Notes: generated by a model from the sequence alone, not told the origin. Positions 24,493-35,451 are shown, counted from the first letter of the stretch. The stretch is 64,000 nt of DNA from an uncultured delta proteobacterium (GCA_963752595.1 CAVVYZ010000017.1:213432-277431), one strand, 5' to 3'. Program-made: numbers and translations.

Positions 24493-26292
24493 ATGGCAAG
24501 TCAATGGGTAGACGTGCGGGATCTTCAGTTCTTACTGCACGAAGTCTTCAAGATCGGCGATGAGATCCTTGGTAAGGGCAAATTCGCAGGACCACGATGC
24601 CGACATGGTGAACATGGTTCTGGAGCAGGCAGCAAAATTCACAGAGAACGAAATCGCACCCACGTATCCTGATGAAGTCCAGAGAAAGCCTGTCGAGGCA
24701 GTCTTCAAGGACGGCAAGGTATATCGCACCCGAGTCATACCACAAGCTCTGGAAGCTGTATGCAGAAGGCGGCTGGTTCGGTGTTTCCGATAGTCCGGAA
24801 GTGGGCGGCCAGGGTTTCCCTGCCACCATCGCTGCTGCATGCGCGCAGATGTTCCTCGCCGGCAACCAGGCATTCCTCATGTACCCCGGTCTTACCCACG
24901 GCGCAGCCAGACTCATTGAAGACTTTTTCCAGCATCCCTCTGAGGGATATCATCCTTGAGAACATGTTCAATGGAACATGGGCAGGCACCATGTGTCTGA
25001 CCGAGCCGGGCGCCGGTTCCGACGTGGGCGCTCTGAAGTCAACGGCAAAGAAGAACGCCGACGGCTCCTATTCCATCACCGGTACCAAGTGCTTCATCTC
25101 TGCAGGCGACCATGACCTTGCCGAAAACATCATTCACCCGGTACTTGCCAGGATCGAAGGCGACCCGGCCGGAACAAAGGGCATCTCCATTTTCGTGGTC
25201 CCCAAGGTCATGATCAACCCGGACGGCACCATCTGCGGCGAGCCCAATGATATGAACTGCGGCGGCATCGAGAGCAAGATGGGTATCCACGGCAACGCAA
25301 CCTGTACGCTCAATTTCGGCGAGAACGGCAAGTGCATCGGCTGGCTCATGGGCGAAGAGCGCCAAGGCATGCAGATCATGTTCCACATGATGAACGAAGA
25401 GCGCCAGGGCGTGGGCATGATGGGTGTCGCCCTGTCCACCGCCGCTTATCTCCATGCACTGTCCTATGCAAAGGAAAGGCTCCAGGGCGCCAACATCATG
25501 CAGATGAAAAACCCCGATGCCAAGCAGTGCACCGATCATCCAGCATCCGGACGTCCGCAGGATGCTGCTCAAGATGAAGTCCATGACCGAAGGCATCAGG
25601 GCCTTGGCATTCTACTGCTACTTTGCCATGGACAAAAGGCGGCGGCAACCGACGAAGCCGAGAAGGACAAGTGGCAGGGCATGATCGAGATGTTCACCCC
25701 GATCGTGAAATCCTACTGCACCGACATGGGCGACGTGGTCACCAAGCTGGCCGTCCAGACCTACGGCGGCTACGGCTTCTGCCGAGAGTACCCGGTTGAG
25801 CAGATGGCCCGCGACAACAAGATCAACACGATCTATGAAGGCACCAACGGCATCCAGGCACTGGACCTCCTGGGCAGCAAGCTCGGCATGAAGAAGGGCA
25901 TGTACTTCATGACACTGCTCGGCGAAACCCAGGCAGAGATCGCTAAGGCAAAGAACAGCGACAACTTCAAGGAAGAGGCCGTCATCGTGGAGAAGGCACT
26001 GAACAAGTGCGCAGAGGCTGCAATGACCTTCAGCGCACTCATCAGGACCAACCCCTTCATCCCGCTCATCGCCGCATACGATTACCTCAACTGCCTGTCC
26101 GAGGCACTGGTCGGCTGGTTCCATATCTGGATGGCCAATGTTGCCACCGAGGCACTCAAGACCGCTACCCTCGATCAGGAAAAGGCATTTTACACCGGCA
26201 AGATCGAAGGCGCCAAATTCTATATCAACCGCACCACGGCCCTCGTTCCTGCAAAGTGCGAAGTTCTCGTGAAAGACGAGATCAGCGCATGA
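24493..26292 (+). pseudogene. Long-form acyl-CoA dehydrogenase (about 600 aa type with a C-terminal extension); several frameshifts in the first two thirds
   Basis: The start is ATG 24493, after AGGAGG. MASQWVDVRDLQFLLHEV, GGWFGVSDSPEVGGQG, CLTEPGAGSDVGA, GIHGNATC and YGGYGFCREYPVEQMARDNKINTIYEGTNGIQ are present. Frame changes occur near 24588, about 24730, about 24940 and 25540-25640. Confidence 0.85.
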
Positions 26293-26345
26293 GGATTCCC
26301 GAAGAGGCATTCGCAGTCTAAGGAAAGTTTTTTTAGAAAATAACG

Positions 26346-26377
26346 AAAGGGGAGGCTTTAATGGCCTCCCCTTTTTT
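26346..26377 (+). terminator. Rho-independent terminator after the acyl-CoA dehydrogenase
   Basis: GGGGAGGC-TTTAATG-GCCTCCCC followed by TTTTTT. Confidence 0.8.
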
Positions 26378-26638
26378 ATGGTAAGTATTCAGATTAATCG
26401 ACCGGCCGCAGAGAGATCCTCTCATTGTTCGTTTCAATATAATCATTCCATAAAAAGCCGACGGACAAAGGGCTTGGGTTTTTATAAATGATCTTTTCAC
26501 AGGGAAATCGCGACCTCTTGTATAAACAACACTTATCGTTGAAACTATAAAGATTCATCCATGAAAAACCGAAAGATGTGTTCATTCAGCATGATGCATT
26601 AATAAGATTGTATTAATGCGAAATTAAAGGGGACACCG

Positions 26639-28276
26639 ATGAAAGAAAATACAAAGATTCTCTTTTTAAGGCCGCTATTGTTCCAGGAAATGATCCCTAT
26701 TGTTGTCCTTGTGCCTATCCTGGTTTTCTTTTTCAGGTATATATCAGAGTCGGTGATCGAGAACTTTGTGCCTGTGGTCATAGGGGCATCGACTGCTGCA
26801 AACCTAGGACTTCTCCTGGGCTGCTTGACAAAATACTATTTTGTCCATCCAGCCATTGCGGTATTGGAGAAAGATTCCTGTACGCCAGAAGAAATGCAGC
26901 ATGCAGTCCGTTCGGCTGCATACCTTCCCCTGGCTGAATCGATTGTCGTGTTTCTGAGATTCGCCCTTTTCGGGAATCTCATTGCAGCAACACCTATGTA
27001 CCTCAAGGGGTTTATAAAATATCCGGAATTTTTGTTTGCATTGAACTCGGTTACCATGATAGGCCTGCTGGCTATCCCGATTTTTTATCTGGCCTCCGAG
27101 AACAGCCTCACCCATTTTTATATGAAAAGCAATTTCAAAGGGATTCTGGGTTCAAAAAAAGGTTTCTTCCGTATGAGCTTGAGCCAGAAGACCCTGTGGA
27201 CAATACTCTTGATAGCAGTCCCACCGCTCGGCCTTCTTATCGGGCTTATTTACCTGTCTATGGCAACAGGGCTCAATCTGGCATCCCTCCAACTGGGCTT
27301 TTTCGTCATTCTCTTCGAGACGATACTGCTCGCTGTCATCTGCGGATTTCTTCTCATGAAAAGTTTTTCTCTTTCGGTCGGCAAGATGTCTTTCATGTTC
27401 AAGGATATGGCAAAGGGCCAGGGAGATCTCACCAAGAGGCTGCATGTAACCGCGCTGAATGAAGTCGGCGAGCTTGCTTTCTGGTTCAATGAGTTCATGG
27501 ATGATATCGAGCAGATTGTCGGGCATGTGAGGGAGACATCGCTTCAGCTCCATCAGACTGTCGAGGATGTAAGCGCAGGCTCCCAGGGGCTTTCGCAGGC
27601 AACTCAGGAGCAGGCATCTTCGGTAGAAGAAATATCTGCTTCCATCGAGGAGATGAATGCCACGGTACAGCATAATGCCGAACTCATTACCGAGGGGCAG
27701 GAAACATCGAATGTGATTACCAAGCTGATCGACCATAGCAAGCAGATCTTTGCCGAACTCATGAAGGCCATTGAAGATATTTCACTGGACTCAAGAAAGA
27801 TCGGAGATATCGTATCCACGGTGAATGAGGTTGCCTTCCATACGAACCTGCTGGCATTGAACGCCTCCGTGGAGGCTGCCCGGGCAGGAGAGCACGGAAA
27901 GGGATTCGCTGTAGTGGCAGGAGAAGTCAGGTCTCTGGCTCAACGCTCTGCAGGTGCTGCCCGGGAAATCAAAACTCTGATTGAAGGTACGGTCGGCCGG
28001 ATAAAGAATGGCGATGAGATGATGAAGAAAACTTCCTCATCCCTTGAAGAGCTGATGTCCCGCATGGAGTTCTTCTTCAAGATGATGGAGACTATCAGCA
28101 CCTCCAGCATGGAGCAGAAGCAGAACATAAGCGAGCTCAACAGGGCTATCGGCCAGATAGACGGATCGACCCAGCATAACGCATCCACTGTGGAGGAACT
28201 GGCCAGCACCCTTGACAACCTTCGTATGGCGGCAACCGTGCTTGCAGAAGATGTTCAGAAATTCAAGACATCGTAG
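26639..28276 (+). CDS. Methyl-accepting chemotaxis protein with a multi-pass membrane N-terminal region
   Basis: 545 aa. About six hydrophobic segments occupy the first 250 aa or so. A HAMP-like segment follows. The conserved signalling hairpin reads EVAFHTNLLALNASVEAARAGEHGKGFAVVAGEVRSLAQRSA. Confidence 0.9.
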   Translation: MKENTKILFLRPLLFQEMIPIVVLVPILVFFFRYISESVIENFVPVVIGASTAANLGLLLGCLTKYYFVHPAIAVLEKDSCTPEEMQHAVRSAAYLPLAESIVVFLRFALFGNLIAATPMYLKGFIKYPEFLFALNSVTMIGLLAIPIFYLASENSLTHFYMKSNFKGILGSKKGFFRMSLSQKTLWTILLIAVPPLGLLIGLIYLSMATGLNLASLQLGFFVILFETILLAVICGFLLMKSFSLSVGKMSFMFKDMAKGQGDLTKRLHVTALNEVGELAFWFNEFMDDIEQIVGHVRETSLQLHQTVEDVSAGSQGLSQATQEQASSVEEISASIEEMNATVQHNAELITEGQETSNVITKLIDHSKQIFAELMKAIEDISLDSRKIGDIVSTVNEVAFHTNLLALNASVEAARAGEHGKGFAVVAGEVRSLAQRSAGAAREIKTLIEGTVGRIKNGDEMMKKTSSSLEELMSRMEFFFKMMETISTSSMEQKQNISELNRAIGQIDGSTQHNASTVEELASTLDNLRMAATVLAEDVQKFKTS

Positions 28277-28282
28277 GAGTTA

Positions 28283-29152
28283 CGGTGTGTGCAAACTTAA
28301 TACTAAGCCACAGCATCAAAATAGGAATGAACAGAAGGCATGAACTCACAGAGAAGCAATGGGAAAAGCTCAAAGGATATCTCCCGGCCCGGAAACCAGA
28401 AACAGGACGGCCCGCGGAAGACCATCGTAAGATCATCAATGGGATCCTCTGGAAGGTGAAAACCGGGGCTCCCTGGCGGGACATCCCGGAGAGATACGGG
28501 TCATGGTCGACCATACACAGTCGTTTTCGCAGGTGGAGAGATGCCGGGGTATGGGACCGGATACTCTCTGAGCTGCAGATCGACTCGGATTCGGAAGGAC
28601 ATGTGGATTGGGAGGTCCATTTCATTGATACCACGGTTGTAAGAGCACACCAGAATGCAGCGGGTGCAAAAAAAGGGGGCAGAGAGAAGAGGCTCTTGGC
28701 CGTAGTCGAGGTGGGTTCTCGACCAAGGTCCACCTCCGGGCGGAAGGGGAAGGCAAACCGATAACGGTTGCCCTTACTCCCGGCGAAGCTCATGACACCA
28801 CAGCTTTCCTTGACCTTATGGAACATGGGTCGATCAATCGGCTCCATGGAGGGAGACCAAGAAATCGCCCCGAACGCATCGTCGGAGACAAGGGATATAG
28901 CGCCCAGTGGATCAGAGAGTATCTTACGAAACATGGCATCCATGTAACGATCCCGAGGAAGAGCAATAATAAACGGGGTGGTCCATTCGACCGTGCAGCC
29001 TATCGGATGAGAAACCGGATCGAACGGCTCATCAACAGGCTCAAACAATTCCGCTCCATAGCAACAAGATATGATAAACGAGCAGACAGTTATCGCTCCA
29101 TGTGGGTCATCGGTGCTATATTCCTCTGGTTATGAGCTTTGCAAACACACCC
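28283..29152 (+). mobile_element. IS5-family insertion sequence (IS427-like organisation)
   Basis: The left end is CGGTGTGTGCAAAC. The reverse complement of the right end is GGGTGTGTTTGCAAAG, giving imperfect inverted repeats. TA flanks both ends. It contains a two-frame transposase. It sits 6 nt after the MCP stop, in a convergent intergenic region. Confidence 0.8.
28327..29135 (+). CDS. IS5-family transposase, made by a programmed -1 frameshift
   Basis: The first frame (ATG 28327, LTEKQWEKLKGYLP...APWRDIPERYG) runs into the slippery A AAA AAA G at 28668-28675. The -1 frame continues RGGFSTKVHLRAEGEGKPITVALTPGEAHD...GDKGYSAQWIREYL...IERLINRLKQFRSIATRYDK. Confidence 0.8.
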
Positions 29153-29279
29153 TAGTCTGCGAAAAGAAGCGTATTCCAGTTCAAAATATATATGGCCCCT
29201 CGTCCTGGTGACAAGATGCCATATCTTTTATAATGCCAAAAATGAGCAGGAAAACCCGTCCGTTATAGCTTCGGCCATG

Positions 29280-30719
29280 TTAACCGCGATGCAGCTCGTT
29301 CCGGGCGGAATTGCGGGTTTCATGTTTGGCCGGAGCCGGCTCTTCACTGGTCGTCTCTTTCGTTGCCGGCAGCTGATTTGATTCGGCGGGGGGGGCAACC
29401 CTCAGTTCCCTGTTTACCGACTGCGATTGTTTCGTCTCCTTGGTACTTGACCTGGCCTTTGCCTCCTGGGATGGGGCATCGGATTTCTGCTTCAGGAGAT
29501 TTTCCATTGCTGTGTAGGCATCGCCGTATTTGTTCCCCGGGCTCCACAACAGCCAACCGGTCCCTCCGGCATCCTTGGCTGCATCAATCTGTGTCCTGAT
29601 ATATTTTTCGTCAAAGCCCGTTGTAATCCGTAAGGGAAATGACTGGAGCCAGGGGCGGATGATCACATCATCACCTACAAGGTCTTTCATTCTCTTCACC
29701 CCGTTGAAAATAAACCTGTAGGGGTCATCGGCAGGGTTCTTGACCCCGCCGAACCCGGCATTGAAATGTGATGGATAAAGCATAGGGGATATGATGTCCA
29801 CATGCTGTTTGATCTTGGAAACATCCTGGCCGACTACGAGCACGTCAACATCTCTCTGCCAGATAACGATCCCGAACATATCCACGGATAGCAGTACGCC
29901 TTTCGATGCGGTAACATCGTGTGCCTTTTTCAAGAAACCTGCGATGACATCCGTTCGCGAGAGACCTTCGATGCCCGATCCGGTCTTGCGGTCTGCGAAA
30001 TAACGGACGTAATCAAGCTGGATTTCATCCAGGCCGCTATCGGTGAGCTCCCTGATCACGGTCAGCATATATTCTTGTACTTCCGGATTTCCCGGATTCA
30101 GCCAATGCTTCTCTCTGTTGATGCACCACTCAGGCCTGGTCTTCGCCATGATCGGATCTCTGAACGCCACCACACGAGCGACCACATGAATGCCCAAGCG
30201 GTGCAGGTAATCGACCAGCTTCGGAAGCTCTTCGATATTCGGCGTGTAATTCTCATTGGGTGAGTACTTATCCGGGATGGAGCTCGGGAAGGTAATGGCG
30301 CCCATATCGTCTTTGGCATCGAAAACGATAGTGTTGCCCCCATACTTCTTGAGTTTTGTTGCCGAATCGAAGACGAATCGTGTACCGGAGTTGGCGGTGT
30401 TCATGTAGAGGCCCTTGGCCACGTAATCTTTCGTTTTTGAAATGGTCTTGGGCTTGAGCGGTTCCTTCCACGCCACCGGTATGTTCAGGTTTTGGCCGGG
30501 CGAAAGGGATCCGGTGACACTGTTGATCGCTCGAATACTGTTGATGAGCTCCCTCTTTGTATACGCTGCCGTATAGGGCATGTACTTCGCGGCAATTCTC
30601 GCGAGCGTATCGCCTTTTTGAACCGTGTAGACCGTCCCTTCCTGGGTGGTTGTTGTCGCACCCATGAAGAAGAAAGAACACATGCACAGGATACATATTG
30701 CGACGAACTGTCTCTTCAT
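29280..30719 (-). CDS. Secreted LysM-domain protein with a putative glycoside-hydrolase-like TIM barrel (DUF4015-like)
   Basis: 479 aa. It has a signal peptide, a LysM motif (YTVQKGDTLARIAAKY) and a central domain with GGNTIVFDAKDD...IQLDYVRY. The C-terminal tail is low-complexity and rich in Ser, Thr, Glu and Lys. Confidence 0.65.
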   Translation of the reverse strand: MKRQFVAICILCMCSFFFMGATTTTQEGTVYTVQKGDTLARIAAKYMPYTAAYTKRELINSIRAINSVTGSLSPGQNLNIPVAWKEPLKPKTISKTKDYVAKGLYMNTANSGTRFVFDSATKLKKYGGNTIVFDAKDDMGAITFPSSIPDKYSPNENYTPNIEELPKLVDYLHRLGIHVVARVVAFRDPIMAKTRPEWCINREKHWLNPGNPEVQEYMLTVIRELTDSGLDEIQLDYVRYFADRKTGSGIEGLSRTDVIAGFLKKAHDVTASKGVLLSVDMFGIVIWQRDVDVLVVGQDVSKIKQHVDIISPMLYPSHFNAGFGGVKNPADDPYRFIFNGVKRMKDLVGDDVIIRPWLQSFPLRITTGFDEKYIRTQIDAAKDAGGTGWLLWSPGNKYGDAYTAMENLLKQKSDAPSQEAKARSSTKETKQSQSVNRELRVAPPAESNQLPATKETTSEEPAPAKHETRNSARNELHRG

Positions 30720-30994
30720 GCTGCCCTCATAATAGTTTTAGATTCAATCAAGCCAATACATATCCTATTTGCCAGGGCCTAACAAGATAGTTAATAAAAA
30801 ATTATCATGAGCTAAACCAAGTCTACACCTTGATTGCGATGAATTATTTTGAGAAAGTTAGAAAAAAGGACTGATATTTTTTTCAAAGGATATCATCACA
30901 TGAAATTGGTTCTTCGAGACATTGAATAGGAAGTGCCCACCTGAAATAATAATCAAACATGCTGGAATCCGGCATTGGAAGCCTTACCGCGCTG

Positions 30995-31213
30995 CTACTT
31001 GACGATTAAACCGTAGGTGCCTATGTCATCTTCGGTGCCTACATAAAATTTATCGGGGTATCCATCCTCGGGGCGTGTGACAGCTACTCCATCAATGATC
31101 TCTTTTGCCTTAATCCGGTTATCAAAAGGACCTGCATAGTGATTCTTCGCATATCGGATGAGGCCTCCTGGTGTAAGACTGTATGTGGTTCTTATTACGT
31201 ACCACTTGTCCAC
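30995..31213 (-). CDS. Small hypothetical protein (72 aa)
   Basis: GTG at 31213 lies 9 nt after AAGGAGG. The ORF-track start at 31297 has no SD. The product is MDKWYVIRTTYSLTPGG...DDIGTYGLIVK, with no motif I recognise. Confidence 0.4.
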   Translation of the reverse strand: MDKWYVIRTTYSLTPGGLIRYAKNHYAGPFDNRIKAKEIIDGVAVTRPEDGYPDKFYVGTEDDIGTYGLIVK

Positions 31214-31363
31214 CTGGGTCACCCTCCTTTCTGCTGATATCCTATCATATAGAAGCCGACAAGTATTGTTCAAGCCTGAAAGGCCGGTGAAATACATACA
31301 AGTCAGGTCAGAAGAGAGGTTTATTCAATAAGGGAGGCGGTATAAGCAAAAAATGAAGGTCTC

Positions 31364-32355
31364 CTATACCTCGCGCAGCCCGAGTTTGCCCCTGCCCAGA
31401 AGGTCATGGAGATGGACCACGCCGATGAGCTCATCGTTTTCGTCCGGAAACGATGAGTGAAGTGATCTGATGTTTCTCCATCATCTCGAGGGCGTCCAGC
31501 GCAAGCTTGTCACTGCGATATTCTTTTTGGGTTTTTCGACTCATGATATCATGCGCCGTGAGGCCCTTCAGATTGTCGCCCCATTTGAGGAGCACCCTCC
31601 GTATATCGCCATCCGTGACCATCCCTTCGATCTGGGAAACACTCCCCACAAGGGTGAATCCGAGCGATTTTTTCGTCATCTCAACAACAACCTCCGGCAG
31701 CGGTTTCGTAGGCTCTACCAGAGGGATGCGATTCCCTGTGATCATGATCTGGGATATCCTGGACATCAGCTGCTTGCCGAGTTCGCCTGCAGGGTGGATA
31801 ATCTTGAAGGCATCCCGGTCAAACCCTTTGATATGGGAAAGTACCACTGCCAGGGCATCGCCCAGGGCGAGCTGCGCAGTGGTGGATGCCGTGGGGGCCA
31901 GATTCAGGTTGCACGCCTCGCGTTCAACCGAGCAGCGTAAGCACGATGTCCGACTGCCTGGCGAGCGGTGAATTCGGATTGCCGGTAATGGCGATGATGG
32001 GAATGCCGAGGTTCTTAAGCGGCGGGAGGAGGTTCAGAATCTCTCCGGTGTTTCCGCTGTTGGAAAGCACGATGACTGCATCGGCAGGCATGATGGTCCC
32101 GAGGTCGCCATGGAGGCCGTCCACCGGGTGCATGAAAACCGCAGGGGTGCCGATGCTGACCATGGTAGATGCGATCTTCCGGGCAATGATGCCCGACTTC
32201 CCGATGCCGGTGAGGATTACCTTCCCCTTGAGACCGGCAATGATCGTCACCGCTCCGGCAAAAGACTCGCCCATCTGCCCGATGACTCCCTCGAGGCCTT
32301 CGATCTCAGTCCGAACGGCTTCCCTTCCCAGCTCAATAATTTCATTCGTATTCAT
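31364..32355 (-). pseudogene. kdsD: Arabinose-5-phosphate isomerase (KpsF/GutQ/KdsD family; SIS plus two CBS domains); frameshifted
   Basis: The SIS domain (GKVILTGIGKSGIIARKIASTM) is in 31924..32355. The CBS part (GMVTDGDIRR) is in 31431..31847. The last residues, DELIGVVHLHDLLGRGKLGLREV-stop, are in a third frame ending at 31364. Confidence 0.8.
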
Positions 32356-33642
32356 ACGATTCTCCCCACCAGATCGTACTCCATTGTGTCGGTTATCTCA
32401 ACCTGTGAAAATGTCCCGAACGGGGCTTGACCCTCATTGATGATGACCACGCCGTCGACTTCGGGTGCCTGGAACTCCGATCTGCCTTTGAGGAGGAGGT
32501 CGGTTTCGGGATGAAAGCCTTCCACGAGCACGCGCAGCTTTTTCCCTACCAGTGATTTAAGTCTTCTGCGGGAAACATCCTGCTGGAGCGCCATGATCCT
32601 TTCCCTTCGTACATCTTTTACCTCCTGGGGAAGCTCATCGGGCATCATGGCACTCTTAGTCCCCTCTTCCGATGAATAGGTAAATACCCCCAGATGGTCG
32701 ATGTACCCCTGGCGGGTAAAGTCTTCGAGCTCGTGCAAAGGCTGATTGGTCTTCCCCGGGATGTCCCACCATGATCGTAGACCTGATCCAGATGTCTGCA
32801 GCCTTTGATTTCAGCAGATCGAAGAGCCTTCCATACCGCATCCGATCCGCCTTTACGGCCCATGGCCTGCAGCACCTGCTGCGAGATATGCTGGATGGGC
32901 AGATCGATGTAGGGGACAACTTTCGGGTTCTCCGCTATGGTCCTGACAATTGCACCTGTCGTAGTGGCCGGGTGCATGTACATGAGCCTGATCCATTCGA
33001 TGTCGTCGAGGCGCGAGATTTTTTCGACCAGATGGGGCAGGTGGAGAGAATCTTTCCTGTCCGACCCATACGAGCCCAGGTCCTGCGCCACGAGGATGAT
33101 CTCCCTGACCCCGCGGTCTGCCAGGTCTTTGCATTCGTCAATGACCTCCTGATGAGGCTTGCTGACGAGCTCCCCCCTGATGTCGGGGATGAGGCAGTAG
33201 CTGCAATGGTTCGAACAGCCTTCGCTCACCTTGACATAGGCATGTGGTCCCGTGGAGGTGTACGATCTTCTGACGACCCCTGAGAAGCACCGCCGAGATA
33301 TACTTCGCGCCGGATTTCAGTGCATGCGGCAGGCCGCCGTAGGTGCCCGGGGCTGCAAAGAGTTTTACCTCCGGCAGCTCTGCCAGGAGCTCTTCTCCAT
33401 ACCTGCTCACGATGCACCCCGTGCAGATGACGTTCTTTCCCTCATCGATGAATTCGAGCATGGTCTGAATGGATTCCTCCACCGCAGACGTGAGAAAGGC
33501 ACAGGTATTCACCACTACGATTTCAGCATGTTCAGGGTCGGATACAAGGGTATATCCGCACTCCCATGAGCTGTTCGCAGATATATTCCGAGTCAACGAG
33601 ATTCTTCGGGCAACCGAGACTTATCATGGCGATGCGTTTCAT
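32352..33642 (-). pseudogene. rimO: Ribosomal protein S12 methylthiotransferase (MiaB-family radical SAM); frameshifted
   Basis: The N-terminus is MKRIAMISLGCPKNLVDSEYI (ATG 33642). The radical SAM motif is CSNHCSYC. The C-terminal TRAM domain is in 32352..32738. The segments lie in at least four frames. Confidence 0.75.
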
Positions 33643-33652
33643 GGAGGAGGTG

Positions 33653-34885
33653 TTACTCGAAAGCGGTGAATTTTGGAACAACTACGATCCCTCCGGGAGA
33701 GATGTCGTATCGCTTCCGGTCTTCTTCGATATTATAGCCGATGGTCGTATTGGGGGGAATCTTCACGTACTTGTCGATGATGGTGTCTTTGATCCTGCAG
33801 TTTCTCCCCATGGAAACCCCTTCCAGGAGAACCGAATCCTGCACCTCGGCATAGCTGTTTACCCTTACATTGGGAGAGATGATGGTGCGGGATACCCTGC
33901 CTCCGGAAATGATGGCGCCGTTACAGATAATGGAGTCCAGTACGGTCCCGATGCGCTTGCCGTCCTCTCCGCCGGCAAAAACCATCTTTGCCGGTGGGAA
34001 GGGACTGTACACGGTGTGGATCGGCCATTTGGGATCGTAGAGGTTGCACTGAGGCGTGACCGATACGAGATCCATGTGGGCCTCGTAGTAGGCATCCAGG
34101 GTCCCGATGTCTCGCCAGTAGGAGTTGCCCATCACGCCCAGTGAAATAATAGGCGAGCACTTTGCTGTGGTGCCCACCATCTTGGGATGATGTCCTTCCC
34201 GAAGTCATGGTTGCTGTCCTTGCGTTTTGCGTCATCAATGAGGTTGCGTATGAGAGGCTTCGGTTTTGAATATATAGATGCCCATCGAAACCAGGACCTT
34301 CGTCGGGTCGTCCGGCATGGTGGACGGGTTTTCCTTGGGCTTTTCCTGGAACCCCACTACAGACATATTCTGGTCCGCAATGACGATTCCGAACTCGGAC
34401 GCCGTCTCCACGGGCATGGGCACCACGCCGATAGTGATGTCGGCATCGTTATCGATATGGTATTTCAGCATTTCTGCATAGTTCATCTGGTAAATATGGT
34501 CGCCCGAGAGGATAAGCGTATATTTCGGCCGGTCCTGCTGGAGGGTATAGATATTCTGGAAGACCGCATCTGCGGTTCCTTCGTACCAGCTGCTCCCGAT
34601 GCGCTGCTGGGCCGGGATATTATAGATGAACTCACCCAGAGGATACGAAAAGAACGAGAGCCAGCCCCGCTGGATATGCCTGTCCAGGGAATGGGATTTA
34701 TACTGGGAAAGCACGTAGATATGGCTCAGGCCTGAATTGACGCAATTGGAAAGGGTAAAGTCGATGATGCGGTACATCCCTCCAAAAGGCACAGCAGGTT
34801 TTGCGCGGTCCTTTGTCAGGGGGTACAGTCGTTCGCCTTTCCCTCCGGCTAAGATAATAACATCAACATCTTTCATTCTAGGCAT
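33653..34885 (-). pseudogene. glgC: Glucose-1-phosphate adenylyltransferase; one or two frameshifts near 34180-34240
   Basis: The N-terminal fragment 34235..34885 has ILAGGKGERLYPLTKDRAKPAVPFGG. The C-terminal left-handed beta-helix part is in 33653..34180. Confidence 0.85.
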
Positions 34886-35247
34886 TATTCACCGATGAGT
34901 TCTTTAATCATTTCTTTGAGTTTAGTCAAGTCATGAGATTTTTCAATGTACGCATCAGCCGCCATTACCATAACATCATCACGATAGCTGGCGTATGCTG
35001 TGTGGATGATAACCGGTGTGTTCTGCCTCGACTTGATGATATTCCCCATGGTTTCAAATCCATTCATCTTTGGCATGCGGAGATCAAGGATGATGAGGTC
35101 CGGCTTGTTACCGTTTTTCCCTTCCAGGTAAGAGAGGGCTTCTTTTCCGTTAGAAGCTATATCGATCTCATATCCGTCTTCGTGGAGTTCTTCCTCAAGG
35201 AGTCTTTGGATATTTTTATCGTCTTCTACCAGAAGAATCCTTTTCAT
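34885..35247 (-). CDS. Single-domain response regulator (CheY-like)
   Basis: 120 aa with ILLVEDD, DLIILDLRMPKMNG and the T and K positions present. Its TAA overlaps the glgC ATG (TAATG). Confidence 0.85.
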   Translation of the reverse strand: MKRILLVEDDKNIQRLLEEELHEDGYEIDIASNGKEALSYLEGKNGNKPDLIILDLRMPKMNGFETMGNIIKSRQNTPVIIHTAYASYRDDVMVMAADAYIEKSHDLTKLKEMIKELIGE

Positions 35248-35451
35248 AGTGAGTTATAATAACGGCTTATCCGAGATAAGTCAAATCTTTATCCCCAGAT
35301 TTTATTGAAAAAAAAGGCAGGTGAATCAGTACATGTGAACGTATATTTTCAGGCTCTGTCTTTTGGAAAATTTTCTTAAAAATGGAGAGCCGATTTCTTT
35401 CAGTGAGGGATAGCCGAATTTCCCTCATGGCCCATCAAAGCGTTCAGAGCT

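Noticed and set aside
26394-26781. Two 60-63-aa minus-strand ORFs in the AT-rich spacer before the MCP
   Set aside because: They are short and AT-rich, with implausible composition and no SD. One overlaps the MCP start.
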